Source: a bacterium
GTDB taxonomy: Bacteria > Margulisbacteria > Marinamargulisbacteria > GCA-2716485 > JAYNIM01
Length of the DNA: 64,000 nt
NCBI GenBank assembly: GCA_038109055.1
Contig: JAYNIM010000001.1
Coordinates: forward strand, 299,365-363,364
Direction: 5' to 3'
Part shown: positions 32,010 through 42,267 of the stretch, piece after piece
How positions within the stretch are numbered: the stretch's first letter is position 1
Layout: each line of letters begins with the position of its first letter
Translations under genes and position numbers: made by a program
Notes under the pieces: model-generated
What the model was told of the DNA's origin: nothing
What the model saw: the letters and a program-made list of their open reading frames with translations, nothing else
The model's database searches: none

Positions 32010-32305
32010 GTATTTTCTGTTTTTTTAGAAATGTTTAGTTTTAATTTTATTAAAGTTTTACAGCATCTATAATAACAGATTTTTGTCTGGTTTACGATTT
32101 GTAGTCTCGAGCCTCTCCCTTTTAGCGTGTTTTATGCGCAGACATCTACTGTCTTTCCCCATCTTCACACGTTATTTTCACTTATATCGCTACTAATCCA
32201 TCGCTATTTTTTTGGCTATATATTGCTCCATTTTAGTGACGAGTTCTGTATTTTGTTTAAGCTCTGATTTTTTGGGGTATAGCAATATATAGGGGAGGGG
32301 ATCAC

Positions 32306-33412
32306 GTGTCGTTGATGAGTAACTATTTTTCGTCAATGCTACCGAATGACACAGAGCAACATGATCAATTGTCTCGTTTGCTCTGTGGCCTCTTGGAACG
32401 TTATTTTTTACGTGTTCCAGATGCTGATGCTATTTTTTCCTGTATTCGTGAGCGTGGTGATGAGGTTTTAAATGATCATATGGCTTTTCGTTCGATTGAT
32501 ATTCGTTCGCTCCTAAAGGTTTTTTTACCGTATGGTTATCAAGTCTGTTTTCAAGAAAATGGCCAATTTTTTAATTTTCAAAGCAAACATCTTACGGCTG
32601 TTTGGCTCAAACATCCACATCCTGCTTATCCCTATATTTTTATCAGTGAATGTCGCATCAACGAAATTCCGGGGGCTGCTGCACTTTTGCAGCCTTTTCT
32701 TGATCACTTTAATGACCCTATTGATGATATTCAGGCCATGGATAGTGTTGCACTTATTGACTATCTGCATCAGCCCCGTTGGCCCTTACCAGACTATCGC
32801 ACCTACCAAGCATTGGCTTCTTTATCTGAATATTTATCCTGGGTGTTGTATAATCAGTACTACTTAAACCATTTTACGCTACAAGTTCATTCCTTAAACA
32901 GCTTTAGCTTTCCTGCATCTATCCAGACTATTCTCAACTCAAACCAGTCCTTTTCTCAGACATGCTCCGCCCTATCTGAGCTGTATATACGCCATATCAC
33001 TACCTTTAATCGTTTTCTTATTGATCAGGGCTTCACTTTGGCTCAGCCCAAAGGTCATCAATTTCAACGATCAAATGATGGCCTGTTACTACAAAGTTCG
33101 ACGAAATCTGCCCTGATTGATGCAGAGTTTAAGGATGGGGTCTTTCCTATACCGGGCTCCTATGTCGAATTTGCCTATCGAGGCTTGCGCCCTGCTAGCG
33201 TCAAAGCGCTACTTCGTGGAGATCTTTCCTTTTCGGCGCTTGAGAAGCAGCATTATCGGGACGGCTTTGAACAAGATAATGCGGATAAGATTTTTGAAAG
33301 TACCTATGTGGGGGCTGAAGATCTAGAGGATCAAGGTACTGCTTTTCATGTTTCTACAGACTGTCGGACGGATGTTGAGGCTCGGATTCGTGAGTTTTTG
33401 ACATATTTCTGA
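32306..33412 (+). CDS. DUF1338 family protein (HglS-like 2-oxoadipate dioxygenase/decarboxylase)
   Basis: NDHMAFRS, IFISE, SEY..W, NHFT, LLLQSST, IPGSYVEFAYR, DGFE..NADKIFEST. Confidence 0.8.
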   Translation: MSLMSNYFSSMLPNDTEQHDQLSRLLCGLLERYFLRVPDADAIFSCIRERGDEVLNDHMAFRSIDIRSLLKVFLPYGYQVCFQENGQFFNFQSKHLTAVWLKHPHPAYPYIFISECRINEIPGAAALLQPFLDHFNDPIDDIQAMDSVALIDYLHQPRWPLPDYRTYQALASLSEYLSWVLYNQYYLNHFTLQVHSLNSFSFPASIQTILNSNQSFSQTCSALSELYIRHITTFNRFLIDQGFTLAQPKGHQFQRSNDGLLLQSSTKSALIDAEFKDGVFPIPGSYVEFAYRGLRPASVKALLRGDLSFSALEKQHYRDGFEQDNADKIFESTYVGAEDLEDQGTAFHVSTDCRTDVEARIREFLTYF

Positions 33413-33472
33413 CGAATGTTTAGTTGTAGATTTTAATGGGTATATATGAATTAAAGGGGGTGAAAATTATTT

Positions 33473-36166
33473 ATGGATGCACAGCATGCAGCACAGCACG
33501 CAGCACATCAATCAGCACCTCTCGGAAGGGGGTCAGATCCTAAGGCAGTTTCTTCACTTAGACCAGTTCATCCCGATGTACCAGGAGATCCTGTTGCAGT
33601 TGCTCTATCTCCTAAATCTAAGAAAATGATTGGGCAACGTAGTGTTAAAATAAAATCATTTCATGCATGTAAACAAGCTTTTGATGCTTCCCCCAATCTA
33701 AACACTGCTGAAGCGTTGTTATTGTCACTTGAGCCTCTAAAAGAGTCAAAAACATATTGGGAACAGTGTCAGGCAAATGGGACAACTGCTCACCAAGAAA
33801 TTCACACTCTTTTTACAAATTGTATCGCTAGATTAACTCCATGTTTATCCGATCCAGACTGGGAAACTATGAAACTTGGACTTTTTTCTTCTTTAATGAC
33901 CAATGAACAAGCTCAACAACGCTTTGCAGACTACCTTAGAACTCCTAAGCATCAAGATGTCAGATACCTACCTACATTCATAGGCTTGATTCGTCAGTCT
34001 AAAATTACCAATCCAGTTGTTTTAGATACTTTTAAACATAGCCCTGTGTTTGATCGTTTAGGTGCCGATGTAACCGCTATCGTCCACCGTCTTGCAGGAC
34101 TTGAATTTGACGGTCTGGACCCTGGCGCGCTTTTCGCTCAAACAGTTATGGGGTTATCTCAACAGCCTACCCCTGAGCTTTCCCGTATTCTTCAACTTGT
34201 TCAATCAACTAGTCTTGCAGAGTTATTATCTACACCTAATTTTATGCATTGTATTATAGGACAGCTTCAACATATTAAGGTTTTACCGAGTTCTATCGCT
34301 GCAGTTAAGGCTAAAGTACCTGACCCTTCTACTCTTTTTATAGGTTCACCAGCTGAGCATCTCGACCCAGACATCAAATATATACTTGCAGCTATTGTTT
34401 ATGATTACACCCGTGAACTACATCCGGATGGTAACATGCCTTCATATTATACACATCAAAATCAACTAGGCTATCTCCCAGAAACTCCCCAAAACATTCA
34501 GTCTTTGCATCGTACTGCTGATTCATTGCAACGTTTAACAAGACTTGGACTAACACCGGAACGTATGGCGTTTGAATGTGCCATTCGAACATTTGCCATG
34601 GCGCTGTGTTGTCCAAGCTCCCCTCCAGCAGAACAGCAACTATACCGAGGTGTTGTTAATCAATCTGTTAGGTCTGGCGATCTCTATATGTCAGCTAGTA
34701 ATTCTAGTTTTTCTGAAGTTAAGGACACAGCTACTACGTTTATTAATTTGGGTCTAAGTAAATTAGCACCGGGGGCCCCTCGTGATTCCATCCTTTTTGA
34801 GCTTAATCCTGAGGGGCTCTTGCTACTCCCTGTTTCAGGTATTAGTGCTAATCCTGGGGAAAATGAAAGAATTATGATTCCAGGTGCTGCGCTTAGAGAA
34901 TATACAGTCGGCGACATGCGAATTGATGGTGCTGTCGCAACAGCGGTGATGCATTGTCGAGCTGAGACGCTCGAGGCTGCTTGTAGCTCTATTAACTTTA
35001 CCACTGATTTTAATCAACTTAGTATACATGTGCAGAATTCTGGTAAATTTAGATCTGACCCATCATTCCAAGTTAAGGTTGTTACTAAAGTTGTACAAGA
35101 TGGATTTTGTACGACTTCTAATCAGCTTCATCAATTTTTAGATATGGTTACACCTGAACTTCAACAAACAAATCCTGAGCTTTTTAATGAATTTGTAGCT
35201 AAAGGATTAGACTTTTCTCAAAACATTCAGGATTTAACGAGTTTTTCACATTTACTAACAGCTGACTTTCAACAAGCACATCCTGAGTTTGTTAATGAAT
35301 TTGTAGCTAAAGGATTAGACTTATCTCAAAACATTCAGGATTTAACGAGTTTTTCACATTTACTAACAGCTGACTTTCAACAAGCACATCCTGAGCTTGT
35401 TAATGCATTTGTAGACAAAGTTTTAGAGTATTTTGAACGTGAACAAACTATGTTAGATGCCTTACCAAGGCATATTCAAGTTAGTCTAACTCAAAAAAAT
35501 CCTTCTTGTTTTAGATATTGTCAGCCTTTTACCCAGCCCGAATTAAATAAGATCTTTCCTGTCCAACCCAGACTTATCTTTAACTATTCCCATCAAACAA
35601 GACAACAGATTCTTACTGCTTCCCCCGCTCTTTTATCACGTTTAGACTCAGACACTCAAATACGCCTTTGTATTGAAGATGTTAACCTTTTTATAAATAA
35701 ATTTTCTACTCTTGATACCCGAATCATCTGTTCCGTACTTAACGATCCTAATTTTTTGAGCTCATTAACCTCGGAGGAGGATCAACGCATTCTTAATGCA
35801 CTCATTTTATCCACTTCTCCACCTTTGGTACCCAGTTTATCACCTCAAACCCAATCTACTCTTAAACTAAATACAAGACAAGCTCCACCTTGTATTCAAG
35901 ATGTTGACCTTTTTATAAATAGATTTTCTACTCTTAATCACAGTTTCATCTGTTCCGTACTTAACAATCCTAATTTTTTGAGCTCATTAACCTCGGAGCA
36001 TCAACTCAGTCTTAAAGCACTCATTTTATCCACTGTTCCACCTTTGGCACCCCGTTTATCTTCTCACACCCGATCTACTCTAGGACTAAATAAAAAAATA
36101 AAACCTCCTCCTTTGCATACATTAACTCGTTTGCGTCCAGAAGGAAATGGAGGAACCCCCTTGTAG
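33473..36166 (+). CDS. Orphan effector-like protein with R-S-E ADP-ribosyltransferase domain and C-terminal repeats
   Basis: YDYT...YYTHQN, LYRG, SNSSFS, ISANPGENE; low-complexity N-terminus; G-rich RBS. Confidence 0.7.
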   Translation: MDAQHAAQHAAHQSAPLGRGSDPKAVSSLRPVHPDVPGDPVAVALSPKSKKMIGQRSVKIKSFHACKQAFDASPNLNTAEALLLSLEPLKESKTYWEQCQANGTTAHQEIHTLFTNCIARLTPCLSDPDWETMKLGLFSSLMTNEQAQQRFADYLRTPKHQDVRYLPTFIGLIRQSKITNPVVLDTFKHSPVFDRLGADVTAIVHRLAGLEFDGLDPGALFAQTVMGLSQQPTPELSRILQLVQSTSLAELLSTPNFMHCIIGQLQHIKVLPSSIAAVKAKVPDPSTLFIGSPAEHLDPDIKYILAAIVYDYTRELHPDGNMPSYYTHQNQLGYLPETPQNIQSLHRTADSLQRLTRLGLTPERMAFECAIRTFAMALCCPSSPPAEQQLYRGVVNQSVRSGDLYMSASNSSFSEVKDTATTFINLGLSKLAPGAPRDSILFELNPEGLLLLPVSGISANPGENERIMIPGAALREYTVGDMRIDGAVATAVMHCRAETLEAACSSINFTTDFNQLSIHVQNSGKFRSDPSFQVKVVTKVVQDGFCTTSNQLHQFLDMVTPELQQTNPELFNEFVAKGLDFSQNIQDLTSFSHLLTADFQQAHPEFVNEFVAKGLDLSQNIQDLTSFSHLLTADFQQAHPELVNAFVDKVLEYFEREQTMLDALPRHIQVSLTQKNPSCFRYCQPFTQPELNKIFPVQPRLIFNYSHQTRQQILTASPALLSRLDSDTQIRLCIEDVNLFINKFSTLDTRIICSVLNDPNFLSSLTSEEDQRILNALILSTSPPLVPSLSPQTQSTLKLNTRQAPPCIQDVDLFINRFSTLNHSFICSVLNNPNFLSSLTSEHQLSLKALILSTVPPLAPRLSSHTRSTLGLNKKIKPPPLHTLTRLRPEGNGGTPL
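35160..35430 (+). repeat. Intragenic 108-bp (36-aa) tandem repeat, about 2.4 copies
   Basis: TCCTGAG at 35173, 35281 and 35389; copies nearly identical. Confidence 0.95.
35669..36110 (+). repeat. Intragenic ~222-bp (74-aa) duplication, 2 diverged copies
   Basis: CIEDVNLFINKFSTL... (35669) versus CIQDVDLFINRFSTL... (35891). Confidence 0.9.
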
Positions 36167-36467
36167 CTCTCCACCTACCCCTTCTGCTCCATCTTTATCT
36201 CAAACTATACCAAACAGGAATCATGACCAATTACGTGACTTCGTTTTGAATCTCAGAACTCACTTCACTCGGCATACATTTGATCCTAGGCATGCTACTT
36301 ACAATAAAGATACTTTATTGGCGCTTGCTCGTGACATAACTAATCGGTCTGAAGATATTCAACGTAATTTTCTTGCATTCTTGTTTTTATTCCCTCAATC
36401 TGTTCAACATGTTTTTGCTGACCATCAATCTAGGGGTCGTCTTGATAATTTTTCCATAAATCTATAA
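36147..36467 (+). CDS. Hypothetical ORF, possibly a frameshifted tail of the 897-aa gene
   Basis: Overlaps the 897-aa stop in the +1 frame; similar Pro/Ser-rich composition. Confidence 0.35.
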   Translation: MEEPPCSSPPTPSAPSLSQTIPNRNHDQLRDFVLNLRTHFTRHTFDPRHATYNKDTLLALARDITNRSEDIQRNFLAFLFLFPQSVQHVFADHQSRGRLDNFSINL

Positions 36468-36501
36468 ATCGGGTCGTCTTGATCCCTTTACCATAGATCT
36501 A
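36434..36501 (+). repeat. Imperfect ~31-bp direct repeat, 37-bp period
   Basis: GGGTCGTCTTGATAATTTTTCCATAAATCTA versus GGGTCGTCTTGATCCCTTTACCATAGATCTA. Confidence 0.75.
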
Positions 36502-36622
36502 CCTTCATCTTTCAGAGAAATGGGGATCTAGTTCCCTCAACTTTTTTATCGATTTATACGATTCGATCTTTTTTTCTTCATTATCCTTTCTTGCAAGCTT
36601 TCTTAACTTTGACTACACTGAA

Positions 36623-37294
36623 ATGGTGAAAAATCTCGAAATAAACCCCTCTATTCTTTCTGCCGATTTTTCCCGCTTGGGTGATCAATTGCGCGACGTT
36701 GAAGCGGCCGGCATTCGTATGTTGCATGTGGATGTGATGGATCGTCATTTTGTGCCTAACTTGACCTTTGGCCCTTTTGTTTTAGAAGCAATTCGCAAAG
36801 CGGGTGTCTCCTGTGATTTTGATGTCCATTTGATGGTAGATCCCGTGGATGCCTTGATTGAGGATTTTATTCAGGTGGGGGCGACACGCATTTCCTTTCA
36901 TCCAGACGCGACTCATGATTTGCACCATTCAATGCAGCTGGTAAAATCTGCAGGTTGTCAGTTGGGCATTGCCTTAAATCCAGACCAAGATTGGGATCGT
37001 ATAAAACCCTTCATTTCTGAGATTGACTTTATTTTGCTTATGACGGTTTACCCTGGTTTTTCTGGTCAAGCTTTTATTGAGTCCGTCAAACCTAAAATTA
37101 CGGCCTGTCGTGCTTATTTAGATCAGGTACATCCACGTTGTCGAATTCAGCTAGATGGGGGTGTATCCGTCACTAATATTCGGGAACTTTATGACCTAGG
37201 CGCCGATCATGTTGTTATGGGGTCTGCCTTTTTTGCAGAATCTGATTTCAAGGCCTATATTCAACGATGTCAGATAGCACTTGATTCTGCCTAG
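36623..37294 (+). CDS. rpe: Ribulose-phosphate 3-epimerase
   Basis: PSILSADF, HVDVMD.HFVPNLTFG, DVHLMV, MTVYPGFSGQ, DGGV. Confidence 0.96.
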   Translation: MVKNLEINPSILSADFSRLGDQLRDVEAAGIRMLHVDVMDRHFVPNLTFGPFVLEAIRKAGVSCDFDVHLMVDPVDALIEDFIQVGATRISFHPDATHDLHHSMQLVKSAGCQLGIALNPDQDWDRIKPFISEIDFILLMTVYPGFSGQAFIESVKPKITACRAYLDQVHPRCRIQLDGGVSVTNIRELYDLGADHVVMGSAFFAESDFKAYIQRCQIALDSA

Positions 37295-37296
37295 TA

Positions 37297-38828
37297 TGAC
37301 TTCCTCATCCGTTCCTAGTTTTAGTTCGCTTGTTCATCAGATCTCTTCCCTTCCTATATATGATGTGGCTATTAAGAGTGCTCTTGATCTCGCCCCTATC
37401 TTGTCTGAACGTTTGGGGCTTGAGGTTTTATTAAAACGTGAAGATACTCAGTCTGTTTTTTCCTTTAAATGTCGGGGAGCCTATGCCAAGATGCATGTCT
37501 TGGGTGCGTCTGCCCTGCAAAAGGGAGTAGTTGCGGCATCCGCGGGTAATCATGCCCAGGGGGTAGCTTTAGCTGCTCAAAAAATGCAAGTTCCTGCCAC
37601 TATTGTGATGCCCCTTATTACCCCAGAAATTAAAGTGAATGCTGTTAAACGTTTGGGGGCAAGGGTAATCTTGCATGGGGATATCTATGACCAGGCCTGT
37701 GACTATGCGCTGGACTATTGTCAGCAACATGGGCAAACCTTTATACATCCCTATGATGATTGGGATGTCATTGCTGGGCAGGGAACCATTGCTAAAGAAA
37801 TTCTTGAACAATGTACACAACCCATAGATGCGATCTTTGTCCCCGTCGGTGGAGGTGGGTTAATCGCGGGTATTCTGGCCTATGTGAAAGCGCTTAAGCC
37901 CGAGATCAAGATTATTGCGGTTGAACCTGAAAACTCGGCGTGTTTGGACCTGGCCTTAAAACATGCAGCACCAACCCCTCTTGATCATGTAGGTATTTTT
38001 GCAGAAGGCGTAGCCGTCAAAGAGATAGGTCAAAAACCATGGTCGCTTATCCACAGGCATATTGATGACATTCTTTTGGTCGATACTGATGAAATTTGTG
38101 CAGCAGTGAAAGATATTTATGATGAAACTCGTTCTATTGTAGAACCGGCAGGTGCTTTGGCAGTTGCTGGCATCAAAAAATATCTCTCACAAGGCTCGAC
38201 AAACTTTTCTCGAGTTGTTGCGATTAACTGTGGCGCTAATCTTAATTTTGATCGTTTACGACATATTTCAGAACGTGCAGATATTGGCGAAAACCGCGAG
38301 GCTTTGTTTGCCATCAAGATCCCAGAAAAGCCCGGTAGCTTTCGGCATTTTATTACCTGCATTGGAAAACGTGGCATTACCGAATTTAATTATCGTTTTG
38401 CTGATCCATCACAGGCTGTTATTTTTGTGGGAATTGCCTTGCGTGCTGATAGTAATGATAAGGATCAATTCCTTGCTATTCTTGACCAACATGGCTTTCC
38501 TTATACAGATTTGAGTCATAATGAAGTCGCAAAGCTACACCTACGTTATATGGTGGGTGGCAAAGCTACACTTCCTCATCCTGAAAAACTGTATCGATTT
38601 CAATTTCCAGAAGTCCCGGGGGCCTTGGCTCATTTTTTACATCAATTTGCTGACAATTGGAACATTTCCCTCTTCCATTACCGTAACCATGGCGCTGCTT
38701 TTGGCCGGGTCTTGGCAGGATTTACTGTTCCAGAGCATGATCTCGATCGTTTTCAGACGTTTTTATCGGGCTTGGATTTTTTTCATTTTAATGAAAGTGA
38801 CAATGATGCCTGTCGATTGTTTTTGTGA
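37297..38828 (+). CDS. ilvA: Threonine ammonia-lyase, biosynthetic
   Basis: KREDTQSVFSFKCRGA, ASAGNHAQG, GGGGL, EPAGA, two regulatory domains (WNISLFHYRNHG). Exact start uncertain. Confidence 0.95.
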
Positions 38829-38849
38829 TTTTTTTTGCAGGTATTTTTT

Positions 38850-40151
38850 CTAGTCAGATAGCGGGTTAATCACTAAACCTGTGATTAATTTAGGTTCAAA
38901 GTACGTCGATTTCTGTGGCATTTTATCCCTATTATCAGATAGTTTCTTCAATGTTTCTAAGGGTAAGGCGTTTAACAGGAATCCAACTTGAGCTTTCCCC
39001 TCTTCAATCTCCTGGAATACCTGCTTGTCATCTTTGATATAACGTAAATTTTCTTGCTTTGAGATAGAGCTTGGTGTCAGACTGAGTAATGCTTCCAAAA
39101 TGACGCTGTGCAACAGTGTGACATCTACCTGTTTAAGATCGTCTGAGATGCCCTCCTTAAAAAAGTGATTTACCTGCGCCCAATCTTTCACGCTTATGCA
39201 GATGTAGCGCCTATCTGGAAAAATAACCCCTATGGCTGATTCTGCTTGCTTTTCGCTGATTTTCTTTTTTAATTCGTCCTTACTTGTACAGATATCTTGC
39301 TTAAAATAGATATTTAGACCTTTTGTTAGATTGTCTAATTGCCTAGCAGATAAATCAAAACAACTACGATGTGTAGGATAAATATGAATTCCTTCGTCAT
39401 ATAAGTTGGCCATAAGTACAAAGCAACGATTGGCTAGTTCATTCTGTGTTTCGCCTGCTGATGCCTGCTGTTTTTCTTGATACTGGCGTGCTGTTTTATA
39501 GCGATGGTGTCCATCTGCGATATACAGTGTTTTTTCTTTAAATAATTGTTGAAGTTTTTTAATGGTCTCTTTGTCATAAATGCCCCATAACTGATAATTC
39601 CCCCCCAATGTTTCTGCCTGTACATCGTATAAAGGTGGCTGTTTTTTGACCTGATCTATATATGTTTCTATATGGGCGTCTTTGTCTGCATATAAGGTAT
39701 AGATGGCTGAAAATTGACATTCACAGGCTTCATATAGCTTTAGCCTATCTTCAATGGGCCCTTTCAGCGTATTTTCATGGGGCACGATGATCCCTGCTTC
39801 TAAATCCACCAATTCCATGGTCGCCATTAGGCCTCTTAAGACAAATTGTTTACCATCCTTTGTAAAGTGATGTTCGTAGCAATAAAGACCTGGATCTTTA
39901 TCTTGAATGAATATTTCATTTTCTTTCCACGCAGCTAAAGTCTTTTTTGCGCGTGTATATCGGTTGTTTTCTGCCGTATCAGTGTCACTTACTTTTCCAA
40001 GAATTAAGCGAATAATATTTTGCTTTGCGCGTGCATATAGTTCTGTCTGTTCATCTGTATCAATGATGTCGTAAGGAGCTGAGAGCACCTGTTCGATGTT
40101 TATCTTATTTTTGTTGTAGCGAAGTGCCTTAAAGGGATAAATTTTTAGCAT
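38850..40151 (-). CDS. DUF1015 family protein
   Basis: IYPFKALRY, APYDII, PHENT, YIADGHHRY, MPQKSTYFEPK. Start at ATG 40151. Confidence 0.88.
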   Translation of the reverse strand: MLKIYPFKALRYNKNKINIEQVLSAPYDIIDTDEQTELYARAKQNIIRLILGKVSDTDTAENNRYTRAKKTLAAWKENEIFIQDKDPGLYCYEHHFTKDGKQFVLRGLMATMELVDLEAGIIVPHENTLKGPIEDRLKLYEACECQFSAIYTLYADKDAHIETYIDQVKKQPPLYDVQAETLGGNYQLWGIYDKETIKKLQQLFKEKTLYIADGHHRYKTARQYQEKQQASAGETQNELANRCFVLMANLYDEGIHIYPTHRSCFDLSARQLDNLTKGLNIYFKQDICTSKDELKKKISEKQAESAIGVIFPDRRYICISVKDWAQVNHFFKEGISDDLKQVDVTLLHSVILEALLSLTPSSISKQENLRYIKDDKQVFQEIEEGKAQVGFLLNALPLETLKKLSDNRDKMPQKSTYFEPKLITGLVINPLSD

Positions 40152-40245
40152 AACTTCATCATATTTTCTTTCGTTAAAATTATCAATTTTATCTTTTTTT
40201 TTGCTAGCTCTGTTTTTGCCAGCCGCTTCTTGATAAAGTATAGCT

Positions 40246-42267
40246 ATGGTCATTTTTTTATTGCTATTGTTTTCTAGTTTAGGCTTTGTATATTACTTTT
40301 GTTTTTCGCGTTCTTACCTTAATCAGAATGATGATTCTGTAATTTTTTCTTTGTTGAATGATATTTTCAAACGTTTTCATGCCCGTGGCATATGGGCCAT
40401 TATTTCTGTTTTTCTTATCTTTTCATTTGCTGTTATTCTCGTGGTTTTTATTAGTCAACTGGATAATTTTTTGTATCAGTTTTTTTCTTTGTGTCTGGGC
40501 ATTGCAATCATGTTACTCCTATTTAGTATTCTTTTGTTATGGACGCCTCGATTCCTGCCTGTGCTTAGTGACAAAAGCTCCGGTTTTTTTGAGGATAGCT
40601 TGCGTTTTTCCCTAAAAGTGAGCCATGTTAGCAGTTTTTTATTTATTGGCGTCATTCTACTAGGCTTGCTACTTGTTATCGAGTTTTTTGGCTTCATCCA
40701 CTGTATTGGCTATGGATTTGGTATTGGTCTTGCAACATTTTTTATTCGTATTTCTGGTAGTCTCTTTAGTAGTAGTTCTATTTTGGGGGCACGTTTGCAT
40801 CACTTACGTGAACCTCAGCTACCACATTTTGATTCTCGTAACCCAGGTACCCTCTTATCTATAGGTGCTGATTATGTCAGTCATATGGTGGCCTTACCGA
40901 GTGACTTAATTTCTTCTTATCTTTTCTCTATCATTAGTTGTTTTTTGATTGTTCTTGGCTTTAAGCAAAACTTTTTCAATCTGACCATGTATACAGATAT
41001 CTTTTTACATATCCCTATTTGGATCTTCGTCAGCAGCTTATTTGCACATTTAATTACCATCCCTATCACCTTTAAAGGTTTGAATAAGGCTACATCTCCG
41101 CGTATTTTACTTAAGGGTCTTTATTTTAATTTATTTTTATCTGCACTTTTTAGTTTTGCAGCTATATTGCTCTTTTATAAAACGGGTCATTTATCTGATT
41201 CCAACGAAGTGTTTAAAATTCTTTTCCCTTATTTTCTGGGTTTAAGTTCTGCCTTTTTTATTTGTATGACTAGTTATAAATTGACCTCCAGCAAACAAAC
41301 TCTCACAGAAAAATTGGCTAAGGAAAGTGAATATGGGGTTATTCATTGCCTTATTTCTGTTTTTTCAATCGGATATCTGAGCCAATGTTTGCATCTCATT
41401 TATATGTTAATGGTCTGTATTTTATCCTTTTTGTATGCGGATATTTATGGGCTTACGCTTGCCTGTCTTGGTCTTCTTTCTACCTGTCCTTATATTTTAA
41501 GTGTCTGTTTTTTTGTTGCCTTTGTTAATTGTCATCACAAAATGCTGCAGCTCACCCAACGCTCACTCATTGCTTTGAAACATAGTGAAAAACTTAAAGA
41601 AATTGGCAACCGAACCTTTATGGTTGGCAACAGTTTTGCTGCTGTTGCTGCGTGTTTTTGTAGTATTAGTTTGTTTTTTTCTTTGGATATTTTTAGTAAA
41701 TCCTTATTTTCTGATTTGTTTTATTTTGATGCAGAAATGATTATTGGTTTATTTATTGGCTTTATCGTGTCTGCTTTGCTTTTTAGACATGTGCTTAATG
41801 TTCTTAGTCGACTAATTAAGGTTATTTTAATTGAAATTAAACGTCAATTTTCAGACATTCCCTATCTTATGAAAGATAAAGCTAAACCAGATTTAATTTT
41901 GATTACTGATATGGTATCACGTTATTGTAGCAATGCCTTAATCATTCCAGGCTTTTCAGTCATTCTGATCCCAATATGTTTAGGTGTTATTTTTGGTCCT
42001 AAGCTTTTACTAACTTTTGTCTTAGGAATTTTATTGGTAGCAATTCTGCAGAGCTATCCTTGGGCCATTATCGGAGATAGTGTCTCAAATGCGAAAGATA
42101 TTATTTCACGTGGTTCTTTTGGTGGTGAAACAAGTCCTAATTATCGCTATGTGATAGAGGCGGCTAATGTGGGCGAATCGTTTCGTGGTATTTTGTCTCC
42201 TACTATTAATATTTTTGTCAAAGCTAGTATTATTATTGCCATGTTGATTGTCTATTTGTTAAGTTGA
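40246..42267 (+). CDS. Divergent membrane pyrophosphatase (HppA)-like protein, probably catalytically inactive
   Basis: Multi-TM ORF collinear with HppA (DSRNPG, IYG, IGNRT, EIKRQF..IP, KPD, NAKD, NVGE..R...SPTIN), but most acidic motifs are replaced. Confidence 0.75.
   Translation: MVIFLLLLFSSLGFVYYFCFSRSYLNQNDDSVIFSLLNDIFKRFHARGIWAIISVFLIFSFAVILVVFISQLDNFLYQFFSLCLGIAIMLLLFSILLLWTPRFLPVLSDKSSGFFEDSLRFSLKVSHVSSFLFIGVILLGLLLVIEFFGFIHCIGYGFGIGLATFFIRISGSLFSSSSILGARLHHLREPQLPHFDSRNPGTLLSIGADYVSHMVALPSDLISSYLFSIISCFLIVLGFKQNFFNLTMYTDIFLHIPIWIFVSSLFAHLITIPITFKGLNKATSPRILLKGLYFNLFLSALFSFAAILLFYKTGHLSDSNEVFKILFPYFLGLSSAFFICMTSYKLTSSKQTLTEKLAKESEYGVIHCLISVFSIGYLSQCLHLIYMLMVCILSFLYADIYGLTLACLGLLSTCPYILSVCFFVAFVNCHHKMLQLTQRSLIALKHSEKLKEIGNRTFMVGNSFAAVAACFCSISLFFSLDIFSKSLFSDLFYFDAEMIIGLFIGFIVSALLFRHVLNVLSRLIKVILIEIKRQFSDIPYLMKDKAKPDLILITDMVSRYCSNALIIPGFSVILIPICLGVIFGPKLLLTFVLGILLVAILQSYPWAIIGDSVSNAKDIISRGSFGGETSPNYRYVIEAANVGESFRGILSPTINIFVKASIIIAMLIVYLLS

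Noticed and set aside
35160..36501. Repeats as a CRISPR array
   Set aside because: The main repeats are in-frame coding units of 108 and 222 bp without unique spacers; the short repeat has only two copies; no cas genes.
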